Positions 28,493 through 37,417 of a DNA stretch of 64,000 bases are shown here, one piece after another (positions within the stretch are counted from its first letter, which is position 1; every line of letters starts with the position of its first letter). The notes beneath the pieces were generated by a model, which was not told where the DNA came from, did not search any database, and worked only from the letters and a program-made list of their open reading frames with translations. The translations under genes were made by a program, and so were the position numbers. The DNA is from an uncultured Acidibacter sp. (lineage in GTDB: Bacteria; Pseudomonadota; Gammaproteobacteria; Steroidobacterales; Steroidobacteraceae): positions 12,186 to 76,185 of the forward strand of contig CAZRFN010000001.1 in assembly GCA_964599335.1 (NCBI GenBank), in the 5' to 3' direction.

Positions 28493-28518
28493 TCACGACG
28501 CTCCGAGGGTCCAGGCGA

Positions 28519-28644
28519 TTAAAGGGCGCCGGAAGCCTCGATCAGACCCCAGAAAAAACTGAGGGTCAGCGCAATGGCGATCAAGGCGGCGGCGACGATC
28601 GGGGCTAAATCCGGGGAAACCTGATTGATGGGGCATGTGCTCAC
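28519..28644 (-). CDS. small hydrophobic peptide (41 aa), not in the ORF track
   Basis: GTG 28644 is preceded by AGGAGG with 7-nt spacing. Translation is MSTCPINQVSPDLAPIVAAALIAIALTLSFFWGLIEASGAL, with one TM helix. Stop lies 26 nt upstream of the gntR start. Confidence 0.5.
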   Translation of the reverse strand: MSTCPINQVSPDLAPIVAAALIAIALTLSFFWGLIEASGAL

Positions 28645-28669
28645 GTTACTTCCTCCTGAACATTCCTTC

Positions 28670-28695
28670 TAGTGTTATATATAACTAAAACACTA
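28670..28695. promoter_or_regulatory. AT-rich inverted repeat TAGTGTT-N12-AACACTA (candidate YtrA/GntR operator)
   Basis: Perfect 7-bp arms around ATATATAACTAA, in the divergent region between the peptide-gntR-ABC operon and mdh. This is the most AT-rich spot in this part of the window. Confidence 0.5.
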
Positions 28696-28793
28696 AAACG
28701 GAGTCAAGGGGAACTTGAACATCCTCTCTCCCGAGGGGCGATACCGTAGAATTCGCGCGCGAAAAATAACTCGTTTCCCCGGAGACTCTCGAG

Positions 28794-29774
28794 ATGAAGC
28801 AGCCTTTGAATGTCGCCATTACGGGCGCCGCTGGCCAGATCGGCTACGCCCTCGCCTTCCGTGTCGCCTCGGGAGCCATGCTTGGCCCCGACCAGCCGGT
28901 CAACTTGCACCTTCTCGAGATCACACCGGCTCTCCCGACCCTGCAGGGTGTGGTGATGGAACTCAACGACTGCGCTTTCCCGACGCTCAACAAAGTCATC
29001 GCGACCGATGATGCGCGGGTTGCGTTCAAGGACTGTCATGCGGCTCTGCTCGTCGGCGCCCGCCCGCGCGGACCCGGCATGGAGCGCAAGGACCTGCTTC
29101 TGGCCAATGCACAGATCTTCTCTGCTCAGGGCAAGGCCCTGAACGACGTAGCCGCCCGCGATATTCGCGTGCTCGTCGTCGGAAACCCCGCGAATACCAA
29201 CGCGTTGATCGCCATGAAGAATGCACCATCGCTCAAGCCTCAGAGCTTCACGGCGATGACGCGTCTCGATCACAACCGCGCCTTGTCGCAGTTGGCCGAG
29301 AAAACCGGCAATCACGTGAACGACATCCAGAAAATGATCATCTGGGGAAACCACTCGGCGACCCAGTATCCCGACATCAATCACTGCTTCGTCAAAGGCC
29401 AGCCCGCTCGCAGCCTCGTCGATGCCGAGTGGATCGAGAAAACCTTCATCCCCACCGTGCAGCAGCGCGGTGCGGCCATCATCAAGGCGCGCGGCGCCTC
29501 GTCGGCGGCCTCAGCGGGCTCTGCCGCCATCGATCACATCCGTGACTGGTTCCGCGGATCGGCTCAGGGTGACTGGGTGTCGATGGGCATCCCCTCCGAC
29601 GGTAGCTACGGCATCCCCGAGGGCGTGATCTATTCGTACCCGGTGGTCTGTCGAGGCGGTCAGTACGAAATCGTGCAAGGCCTCGCCATCGACGAATTCA
29701 GTCGCAAACGCATGGATGCCACCCACCAGGAACTCCTGGAGGAGCGCGACGGGGTGAAAGACCTGCTGGGTTGA
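28794..29774 (+). CDS. mdh: malate dehydrogenase
   Basis: '[27 protein letters not shown]', '[10 protein letters not shown]', '[12 protein letters not shown]'. 326 aa. Confidence 0.95.
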   Translation: MKQPLNVAITGAAGQIGYALAFRVASGAMLGPDQPVNLHLLEITPALPTLQGVVMELNDCAFPTLNKVIATDDARVAFKDCHAALLVGARPRGPGMERKDLLLANAQIFSAQGKALNDVAARDIRVLVVGNPANTNALIAMKNAPSLKPQSFTAMTRLDHNRALSQLAEKTGNHVNDIQKMIIWGNHSATQYPDINHCFVKGQPARSLVDAEWIEKTFIPTVQQRGAAIIKARGASSAASAGSAAIDHIRDWFRGSAQGDWVSMGIPSDGSYGIPEGVIYSYPVVCRGGQYEIVQGLAIDEFSRKRMDATHQELLEERDGVKDLLG

Positions 29775-29834
29775 TCTCGGGCGGCGTGACGTCGCTCTTT
29801 AAAGAGGGATTGGGCATGCAGTAGTCTTCTCTGC

Positions 29835-32381
29835 ATGACCCACATCCTCATCGCCCTCGCCCTGCTGGTCCTCGCCGGACTGGCCCTGACGCTCAAGGGC
29901 GGCGTCATCGCGATCCTTTTCGTCACGGCTTTGCTCTATCTCGCCTACAAGAGACTGAGCTTACTCGCCTACACCGTCACCTTCGGTGTGCTGCTCGTCG
30001 CTTATTCGGCGATCGGCGAGCCCGCAGGCCTCTGGAAAGGATTTCTTTGGTTGCTGTTTGCGGGTCTCGTGCTGCTCAACATCGCGCCGCTACGTCAAAA
30101 GTGGGTGACGCGTCCGTTCATGAAGATCTACCGGCGAATGCTGCCGGCCATGTCGTCCACTGAACGCGAAGCACTCGAAGCCGGCACGGTATGGTGGGAC
30201 GGCGAACTCTTCACAGGCAAACCGAACTGGCCGAAGTTGCTCGGCGCCAAGGCGCCGAAGCTTACCGCCGAAGAACAGGCGTTCCTCGATGGCCCGTGCG
30301 AAGAACTCTGTCGCATGATCGACGACTTCGACATCACGCATCGTCGCGGCGACATGCCGCCCGAAGTGTGGGACTTCCTCAAACGCAACGGCTTCTTCGC
30401 GATGATCATCGCAAAGAAATATGGCGGCCTAGAGTTCTCGGCGTATGCGCACTCCTGTGTTCTCGCCAAACTTTCGAGTCGCAGTGCCGTCGTGTCATCG
30501 ACCGTCGCGGTACCGAATTCCCTGGGTCCAGGCGAACTCTTGCAGCACTACGGCACCGACGAGCAGAAAAACTATTACCTGCCGAGGCTCGCGAGTGGCG
30601 AAGACATCCCCTGTTTTGCACTGACGGGGCCGCGCGCAGGTTCCGATGCTGCTTCGCTCCCGGACTCCGGCGTCGTATGCCGAGGGATGTGGCAAGGCCG
30701 CGAAATCATTGGCCTGAAACTCAATTTTTCGAAGCGTTACATCACGCTTGCACCGGTGGCCACGGTCATCGGCTTGGCATTTCGGATGTTTGATCCGGAA
30801 CGTCTGCTCGGTAGCACCACGGACATCGGCATCACTTGCGCGTTGATCCCGCGGGAAACCCCGGGCATCAGCATCGGACGTCGTCACTTCCCGCTCAACG
30901 TGCCTTTCCAAAACGGCCCCATCAAAGGCACGGACGTGTTCGTTCCTCTCGACTACATCATCGGCGGTACGAAGATGGCGGGCCAAGGCTGGCGGATGCT
31001 CGTCGAGCAACTCTCTGTCGGTCGCTGCATTTCGCTGCCCTCTAGCGGCACTGGCGGTGGCAAGGCCGCCGTCTTTGCAACGGGTGCCTACGCGCGTGTC
31101 CGTCGGCAATTCAACATGCCCGTCGGCAAGTTCGAAGGCGTCGAGAGCGTACTCGCCAAGATGGTGGGGCTCACCTACACCATGGATGCGGCGCGCTCGG
31201 TTACTGCGGGCGCCATCGATGGGGGCGAGCGGCCATCTGTGCCGTCGGCGATGCTGAAGTATCACGTCACCGAAATGAGCCGACAGATCGCTAACGATGC
31301 CATGGACATCCATGGCGGCAAGGGCATCTGCCTCGGCCCTCGCAATTACCTCGGTCGTGGCTATCAGGTCGTACCCGTTGCCATCACTGTCGAGGGCGCA
31401 AACATCCTGACACGCAGCCTCATCATCTTCGGTCAAGGTGCGATCCGCTGTCATCCGTTTGTGCTCAAAGAAATGGAGGCTGCCCGCAACCCTAACCGCT
31501 CACAGGGCGTGAAAGATTTTGATAGCGCCTTGTTTGGGCACGTCGGGTTCACCCTGAGCAACGCGGTGCGCTCACTCGTGATGGCGATGACGAATGCTCG
31601 CTTCACGGCAGCCCCGGTCGAGGGGCCCGTCGCGCGTTACTACCAACACATCGTGCGCTTTTCGGCGAGCTTTGCTTTTGCCGTGGACGTCGCGATGTTG
31701 AGCCTGGGCGGCTACCTTAAAAAGAAGGAAAACCTTTCCGCGAGACTGGGTGATGTGCTCTCTTGCATGTATCTCGCCTCGATGGTCCTCAAGCATTACG
31801 AGAACCAGGGTCGTCGCGCCGAAGATTTTCCGCTCGTCGAGTGGGCCTGTCGCAATCTCCTCTACAAGGCGCAAGAGCAGTTGCACGGGTTCCTTCGCAA
31901 CTTCCCCAACCGTTTCCTCGCGGGCGTGATGCGCCTGATGATTTTCCCGCGGGGTTTGCAGTACTCGGCACCCGATGACCGACTCGGTCGCAAGCTCTCC
32001 GAACTCGTACTGGCACCTACCGACGTGCGAGACCGTCTCTGCTATCCCGTCTATCGGCGCATCGAAGCCGGGAATGCGCTCGGCTTGTTGCAAGAGGTAT
32101 TGGAGATGGCCGAACGCGCCGAATCCCTCGAGAAGCGACTGCGTGTCGAGGGCGTCAAAACAGGGCGCATCTCCGCGCTCGATCTGCCGAGTCAGATCGA
32201 CGAGGGCGAGAGCGGTGGACTGCTCTCGGCCGAAGAGGCGGCGTGGCTGCGGGCTTACGACCGCAAAGTCATGGAACTCATCAACGTCGATGACTTCGCG
32301 CCTCACGAGCTCGGGACTAACGGTAAACCGCGTCCGCGCATCGATCTGCCGACTCAGGAACAAGCCGAACTGTTCGTGTGA
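29835..32381 (+). CDS. fadE: acyl-CoA dehydrogenase FadE (large, N-terminal membrane segment)
   Basis: 848 aa. N-terminal hydrophobic helices, 'FALTGPRAGSDA', 'GWRMLVEQLSVGR', 'ITVEGANILTRSLIIFGQGAIRCHP'. Confidence 0.9.
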   Translation: MTHILIALALLVLAGLALTLKGGVIAILFVTALLYLAYKRLSLLAYTVTFGVLLVAYSAIGEPAGLWKGFLWLLFAGLVLLNIAPLRQKWVTRPFMKIYRRMLPAMSSTEREALEAGTVWWDGELFTGKPNWPKLLGAKAPKLTAEEQAFLDGPCEELCRMIDDFDITHRRGDMPPEVWDFLKRNGFFAMIIAKKYGGLEFSAYAHSCVLAKLSSRSAVVSSTVAVPNSLGPGELLQHYGTDEQKNYYLPRLASGEDIPCFALTGPRAGSDAASLPDSGVVCRGMWQGREIIGLKLNFSKRYITLAPVATVIGLAFRMFDPERLLGSTTDIGITCALIPRETPGISIGRRHFPLNVPFQNGPIKGTDVFVPLDYIIGGTKMAGQGWRMLVEQLSVGRCISLPSSGTGGGKAAVFATGAYARVRRQFNMPVGKFEGVESVLAKMVGLTYTMDAARSVTAGAIDGGERPSVPSAMLKYHVTEMSRQIANDAMDIHGGKGICLGPRNYLGRGYQVVPVAITVEGANILTRSLIIFGQGAIRCHPFVLKEMEAARNPNRSQGVKDFDSALFGHVGFTLSNAVRSLVMAMTNARFTAAPVEGPVARYYQHIVRFSASFAFAVDVAMLSLGGYLKKKENLSARLGDVLSCMYLASMVLKHYENQGRRAEDFPLVEWACRNLLYKAQEQLHGFLRNFPNRFLAGVMRLMIFPRGLQYSAPDDRLGRKLSELVLAPTDVRDRLCYPVYRRIEAGNALGLLQEVLEMAERAESLEKRLRVEGVKTGRISALDLPSQIDEGESGGLLSAEEAAWLRAYDRKVMELINVDDFAPHELGTNGKPRPRIDLPTQEQAELFV

Positions 32382-33556
32382 GCGCTGAGGACGATCGCGC
32401 GATCCTCCATGTCGATATGGACGCGTTTTACGCGTCCGTCGAGCAGCGCGATCATCCGGAGCTTCGCGGTAAGCCACTCATCGTCGGTGGCGTGAGCGGA
32501 CGCGGTGTCGTCGCCGCGGCGAGTTATGAGGTGCGCAAATTCGGGGTGCGCTCGGCAATGCCCATCCGACGGGCGCTGGCGCTGTGTCCCGATGCCGTGT
32601 GTGTCCGTCCGAGAATGGCGCGTTACGCCGAAGTATCCGCTCAGGTGTTCTCGGTGTTTCACGAATTTACACCCCTCGTCGAAGGGCTCTCGCTGGATGA
32701 GGCCTATCTCGATGTCACCGGCAGCCGTGCCCTCAAGGGTGACGCAATACGCATCGCACGGGACATCAAGCGACGCATCCTCGACATCACGTCGCTTACT
32801 GCTTCGGTGGGTGTGGCCTCGAACAAGCTCGTCGCCAAGATCGCCTCCGACCTGCAAAAGCCGGACGGGCTCACCGTCGTCGAAAAAGATCGTATCTACG
32901 ACGTCCTCGACCCGCTTCCCGTCCATCGTTTGCCGGGGCTCGGACGCAAGCTCGGTGAACGCGTTGTGGCATCAGGACTCTTGACGCTCGGCGCGCTGCG
33001 GAGAGCGGACGACGAAAAACTCCGGTCCTTGTTCGGAAGGCATTGGGAGAGTTGGCGCGATCGCGCCTCAGGACTCGATGAACGGGAAGTCGAACCCGAT
33101 CACGACGAAAAGTCGGTCAGCAACGAGTGCACGTTCAGCGAAGATCTGCGTGACGTCGACCTGATGAAAACTGAGCTCTCCGCGCTCGCCGACAAGGTGG
33201 CTGCGCGACTACGGGCAAAAGATTTGAAAGCCTCGTGCATCGGTATCAAAGTGCGTTTGCACGACTTCACGACACTGACTCGTCAGTGCACGCTGACGAC
33301 TCCAAGCTTCGAAAGCCGCGTGATATCCGAGCGCGCGGTAGCGCTTTTCAGTGCGTGGCTGGAAAAGCAGTCGCGACCTCGCGTTCGACTGCTCGGCGTC
33401 TCGAGCTCGGAGTTCTACGGTGAGGTTCAGTCAGATCTTTTCGCCGAACCCGAGCGGCAACAAAACGAGAAACTCGACGCCACGCTCGATGCGATTCGCG
33501 ACAAATTCGGCGGCGGTGCTGTGGCGCGGGCGAGCTTGCTCAAACGAGGTCGTTGA
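32378..33556 (+). CDS. dinB: DNA polymerase IV
   Basis: 'ILHVDMDAFYASVEQRDHPELRGKPLIVGG', 'SLDEAYLDVT', 'SVGVASNKLVAKIASDLQKPDGL'. GTGA overlap with fadE. Confidence 0.9.
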   Translation: MSAEDDRAILHVDMDAFYASVEQRDHPELRGKPLIVGGVSGRGVVAAASYEVRKFGVRSAMPIRRALALCPDAVCVRPRMARYAEVSAQVFSVFHEFTPLVEGLSLDEAYLDVTGSRALKGDAIRIARDIKRRILDITSLTASVGVASNKLVAKIASDLQKPDGLTVVEKDRIYDVLDPLPVHRLPGLGRKLGERVVASGLLTLGALRRADDEKLRSLFGRHWESWRDRASGLDEREVEPDHDEKSVSNECTFSEDLRDVDLMKTELSALADKVAARLRAKDLKASCIGIKVRLHDFTTLTRQCTLTTPSFESRVISERAVALFSAWLEKQSRPRVRLLGVSSSEFYGEVQSDLFAEPERQQNEKLDATLDAIRDKFGGGAVARASLLKRGR

Positions 33557-34139
33557 GCCGCAAAGACGAACGCTGTCGTGATGGGATGAGGCCGAGCGCC
33601 ATTCCGATCAACACACCGAAGAGATGGACGTCCGTCACCACTGAGGTCTCTCGACCCGAAAACGGCATCGGCCCCATCGTGTTTTCGTACACGATTTTTA
33701 CGAGGCCGAACATCGCGACACCCCATGCAAGTCGGTCGTGGCGATCGACGATGAGGCGGACGACCGATGCAGCGGCCAAGGTATGTAGCAGTCCCGACAA
33801 CCCGACATACCACTCAAGATTTCCGAGCCACAGTAGCCCCGCGTCAATGAATAGAATTCCGACGATGGCGTTAAAGCCATGACGAGCGATCGTGAAGACG
33901 CGGCCAAAGAGTTCCGCAAGAACAATCAACACTAGAGCATTAAGCAGCGCATGAAAGAGATCTAGATGAACGACATGGGCTGTGACGAGCCGCCACCATT
34001 CACCTTGCTGCACGCCCGAGCGGGTCCACTGAAGACTCTCACGCGTGGCGTCGCCCGCAAGCGCCAAGACGAGGGTCAGGCCTGCGAGGATGATCGCGGC
34101 GATGACCGTCTGATCTGCAAAAAATTTTCGTGGGGTCAT
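33540..34139 (-). CDS. rhomboid-family intramembrane serine protease, rhombosortase-like
   Basis: 199 aa from ATG 34139. 'GEWWRLVTAHVVHLDLFHALLNAL', 'GLSGLLH' (Ser), 'DVHLFGVLIG' (His). About 6 TM. The small size fits rhombosortase better than GlpG. Confidence 0.65.
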   Translation of the reverse strand: MTPRKFFADQTVIAAIILAGLTLVLALAGDATRESLQWTRSGVQQGEWWRLVTAHVVHLDLFHALLNALVLIVLAELFGRVFTIARHGFNAIVGILFIDAGLLWLGNLEWYVGLSGLLHTLAAASVVRLIVDRHDRLAWGVAMFGLVKIVYENTMGPMPFSGRETSVVTDVHLFGVLIGMALGLIPSRQRSSLRLNDLV

Positions 34140-34906
34140 GGCGTGAGTCGCGCCGCAGTCCAGACAGGCTGAACGAACGATCCGGATCCGATGACCGCAG
34201 CAGCGGCGAATCCGGGGGCGGGCAAGTCGAGAGACCAAACACCCGCTTCCCAACCAGGCTTTTGCGGGAGGGGCGTACAGCGAAAATCCGTGTCGATACC
34301 CACCTCGATATCGCGAGCCGCCCAAGAGAAGCCGCTTCCCGTCGCTTTCAGTACGGCTTCTTTTCGTGTCCAGCAGCGTAAGAAAGCGGCGTCGCGCATC
34401 GCGTCGCCAGTAGATTCGAGATCGGATAGCGCTGCTCGCTCAGCGCTTGAGAGCACTCGCGTCGCAAGACGGTCGGCACTCGGAACCTGACGCCGAGTTT
34501 CGACGTCCACGCCAATTTCTCGAGTGCTTGATACGCCACACAGCCACGCATCTCCCCCGTGGCTGAGATTGAAATGCAGGTGGGGGGATCGCTCAGGATG
34601 GGCGAGGACGGGTTTTCCGTGCTCGCCACGAACGAGTGCGATGTCGCTCGGGGAAACACCCAGGTAGGCACTCAATATGCGCCTCAGTAACACGCAAGAC
34701 GTGAGATAGGCGATACGGACAGGCTCGGCGGACATTCGCTGCGCCCGATCGAGTTCGTCCGGGCTCAGTGCGATGTCAGCGATGCTGGACAACCCGTCAC
34801 GAAAATCACTGAGCTGTGCGAACCATAACGCTGCACCCTCGACACGGGATGGCAACGTACCGGGTTGAAGGTTGCCGATCGACTGCAGCTGCCAGGGTCC
34901 GTACAC
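34136..34906 (-). CDS. 4'-phosphopantetheinyl transferase (Sfp type)
   Basis: 'GKPVLAH..HFNLSHGGDAWLCGVS..IGVDVE', 'FLRCWTRKEAVLKATG'. The start is uncertain: GTG 34906 was chosen because ATG 34996/34999 would overlap the divergent gspB-like start. The stop overlaps the rhombosortase start (ATGA). Confidence 0.65.
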   Translation of the reverse strand: MYGPWQLQSIGNLQPGTLPSRVEGAALWFAQLSDFRDGLSSIADIALSPDELDRAQRMSAEPVRIAYLTSCVLLRRILSAYLGVSPSDIALVRGEHGKPVLAHPERSPHLHFNLSHGGDAWLCGVSSTREIGVDVETRRQVPSADRLATRVLSSAERAALSDLESTGDAMRDAAFLRCWTRKEAVLKATGSGFSWAARDIEVGIDTDFRCTPLPQKPGWEAGVWSLDLPAPGFAAAAVIGSGSFVQPVWTAARLTP

Positions 34907-34997
34907 GATGGCCGGGACTATGCCCGTCGGGGTCCCGACCGTGCAATACTTCACAAAAAAGGGGGACCTCCGCCGACCGTGGGCGGGTGACGTCATC

Positions 34998-35570
34998 ATG
35001 TCTTTCATTCTCGACGCACTGCGAAAATCCGAGAATTCACGTCTGCGCCAAGACCACCCGGCCGTGTTCTCACACCGGATGACGGCGCAGCGACAACGGC
35101 TTCCTGTCTGGAGCGTCGTGCTCATCGCGCTGCTCGCGATGAATCTTTTGATCGTTGCCTTCTTGCTGCTGAAGAACCCCTCTACCGAAGCCGAGGAATC
35201 CGTTGAAGTCGTCGCATCGACGCCCTCGGCCGAGACGCCGAGAGCTCTCGGAGTGTCGACGCCTGCTTTGCCACCGGCGCCCTCCTCTGCGCCCGTAGCC
35301 ACACCCGCATCGCCCAATTCAATCGCGCTGCCCCAGTCCGAGGGTCTCGTCACGCGTGACGATCTTCTCGCGCGCGGCGCCAATCTCCCGAGCGTCGATT
35401 TGAATATGCACGTCTACGACGCTAACCCCTCGATGCGCTTCGTACTGCTGAATGGCCAACGACTTAGGGAAGGAGAATCTTCTCGAGAAGGCCTACTCCT
35501 CGAGCGCATCACACCTGATGGCGTCGTGCTTCGATACGGTAGCAATACGTTCGCTGTGACCCTCCAATGA
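34998..35570 (+). CDS. GspB-like (type II secretion system protein B domain) protein
   Basis: 'MSFILDALRKSE' N-terminus, one TM helix, Pro/Ala/Ser-rich linker. C-terminal 'LNMHVYDANPSMRFVLLNGQRLREGESSREGLLLERITPDGVVLRYGSNTFAV' is typical of the T2SSB domain. Confidence 0.7.
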   Translation: MSFILDALRKSENSRLRQDHPAVFSHRMTAQRQRLPVWSVVLIALLAMNLLIVAFLLLKNPSTEAEESVEVVASTPSAETPRALGVSTPALPPAPSSAPVATPASPNSIALPQSEGLVTRDDLLARGANLPSVDLNMHVYDANPSMRFVLLNGQRLREGESSREGLLLERITPDGVVLRYGSNTFAVTLQ

Positions 35571-37402
35571 AGAGCGAGCTCGTCGAATTAGACGGACTGC
35601 AACTTGCGAACTTGCTGCGCGCGGGCATTTATCGCTTGTTCGAAAAAACCGACCATATCAACAAGATCAATGTATTCCCGGTACCCGACGGCGACACGGG
35701 GACCAATATGTCCTTGACTCTCTCCGCGGTGCTGGCTTCGCTCGATCGATCGCCGGAGCCTCATGCCGGGAGCATGCTGGTCCGTGCTGCCGATGCGGCG
35801 CTCGACGGAGCGCGTGGCAACTCGGGCGCGATTCTTGCGCAGTTTCTGCTCGGGCTCGGCGATGGTGCGGGTCACCTCGCCCGACTCACCATCGGAGAGT
35901 TCGTGCTCGCGCTCCGCAAGGGGGCGGGGTATGCCAAAGAGGCGCTGTCTCAGCCGCGCGAGGGTACGATCCTCACCGTACTAAGAGAATTTGCCGATGC
36001 GGCGGAAGCCCAAGCCGCTCGCTCGCCCGATTTTCGCAGTTTGTTCAACCACTCGCTCTCGCGAGTCAATGAAGCTCTCGAAGCCACGCGCGATCAACTC
36101 GAAGAGCTTCGTGCCGCGAATGTCGTCGATGCGGGCGCACTCGGGTTCGTCGAAGTACTCGAGGGCATGCGCCGCTTTCTCGAAACGGGCGAGCTCGGTA
36201 CGGTGGTAGCTCCCGTTCATGCAGGTGACGAGATCATGGCGGGCTCAGCAGCTCCGACGGTAGATCAAGACTACCGCTACTGCACAGAGTGCCTCGTCAC
36301 GGCGAAAACCGGTGAAGATATCGACTTGAGGCTCTTGCGAGAAACGCTCTCGACCTCGGGCGCGAGCCTCGTCGTGAGCGGAAGCAAACGAAAAGCCAAG
36401 ATCCACGTCCATGTCGACGATCCAGAAAATGTCTTCCGTATCGCCGAGACGTTCGGCGAGCTCAGCGGTCAGAAGGCCGACGACATGCGTATGCAGCAAA
36501 GCGCTGCGCATCATCGTCGTACACAGCGTGTGGCCGTCGTCGTCGACTCGGGCGCAGATGTCCCGGAGGAGTTCGTCGATCGATTGGGTATCCACGTCGT
36601 TCCCGTGCGGATCCATTTCGCCAACTACTCTTATCTCGATAAAGTCAGCATGACGCCAATCGAGTTCTATCGAGAACTCGTGACGAATCCAGCTCATCCC
36701 AAAACATCGCAGCCGCCGCCGGGCGACTTTCGCCGGATGTTCGAATTCCTTGCCTCGCACTACGACGCAGTGGTGTCGATCAATCTCACCTCTCGCCATA
36801 GCGGAACTTGGGATGCGGCAACCAAGGCGGCACAGCGAGTTGCCTCCGAAGGAAAACCGGTCTCTGCACTCGACAGCCGAAATGCCTCGGTAGGCCAAGG
36901 GCTCGTTGCGATCGCCGCAGCCGAAGCGGCAGCTAAAGGTGCAGACGCGCCGACCGTCGTCGCTGCAGCTCAAATAGCGATGGAGAGTACGCAAACATTC
37001 GCCCTTCTCGGAAGCATCGATTTTGCCGTACGCGGGGGACGTGTTCCGGCCATCGTCGGTAAGGTGGCACGACTACTCGGACTCAACGTGATACTGCGAA
37101 CTTGGCCAGAGGGTCGAATCAGCGCGGGCGGCGGACTATTCGGACCGTTGAAGTTACGCAGCCGCTTCGCACGATTCGTGGTGCGTCGTTACCGCATCGA
37201 CCCAGCGAAAGAAACCGTGCGTATCCTGGTAGGTCACGGCGATCGGCTAGAAGAAGGTCGGTTGCTGGCCGATGAGCTCATCGCCAAGTATCCGAAGGGC
37301 AGCGTCGAATTTTGCGCCCTGACCGACATGGGACCGGCGATCGGCGTGCACGGAGGGCCCGGCACCCTGATCGTCGCGCTACATCGAATTCCGAAGAGCT
37401 GA
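35567..37402 (+). CDS. DAK2 (DhaL/FakA-like) domain fused to a DegV (FakB-like) domain
   Basis: N-terminus 'INVFPVPDGDTGTNMSLT', 'ARGNSGAILAQF', middle 'YRYCTECLV'. The C-terminal half 'VAVVVDSGADVPEEFVDRLGIHVVPVRIHF..TSQPPPGDF' is DegV-like. ATGA overlap with the gspB-like gene. Confidence 0.8.
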   Translation: MKSELVELDGLQLANLLRAGIYRLFEKTDHINKINVFPVPDGDTGTNMSLTLSAVLASLDRSPEPHAGSMLVRAADAALDGARGNSGAILAQFLLGLGDGAGHLARLTIGEFVLALRKGAGYAKEALSQPREGTILTVLREFADAAEAQAARSPDFRSLFNHSLSRVNEALEATRDQLEELRAANVVDAGALGFVEVLEGMRRFLETGELGTVVAPVHAGDEIMAGSAAPTVDQDYRYCTECLVTAKTGEDIDLRLLRETLSTSGASLVVSGSKRKAKIHVHVDDPENVFRIAETFGELSGQKADDMRMQQSAAHHRRTQRVAVVVDSGADVPEEFVDRLGIHVVPVRIHFANYSYLDKVSMTPIEFYRELVTNPAHPKTSQPPPGDFRRMFEFLASHYDAVVSINLTSRHSGTWDAATKAAQRVASEGKPVSALDSRNASVGQGLVAIAAAEAAAKGADAPTVVAAAQIAMESTQTFALLGSIDFAVRGGRVPAIVGKVARLLGLNVILRTWPEGRISAGGGLFGPLKLRSRFARFVVRRYRIDPAKETVRILVGHGDRLEEGRLLADELIAKYPKGSVEFCALTDMGPAIGVHGGPGTLIVALHRIPKS

Positions 37403-37417
37403 TCGACGCACCAAGAT

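Noticed and set aside
34907-35383. Long N-terminal extension of the PPTase ORF (to 35383), and the mutual extensions of the two divergent lipoprotein ORFs (18848-19123 and 19042-19266).
   Set aside because: The extensions overlap the divergent genes, which have canonical starts (MSFILDALRKSE and lipobox signal peptides). The exact PPTase start remains uncertain.
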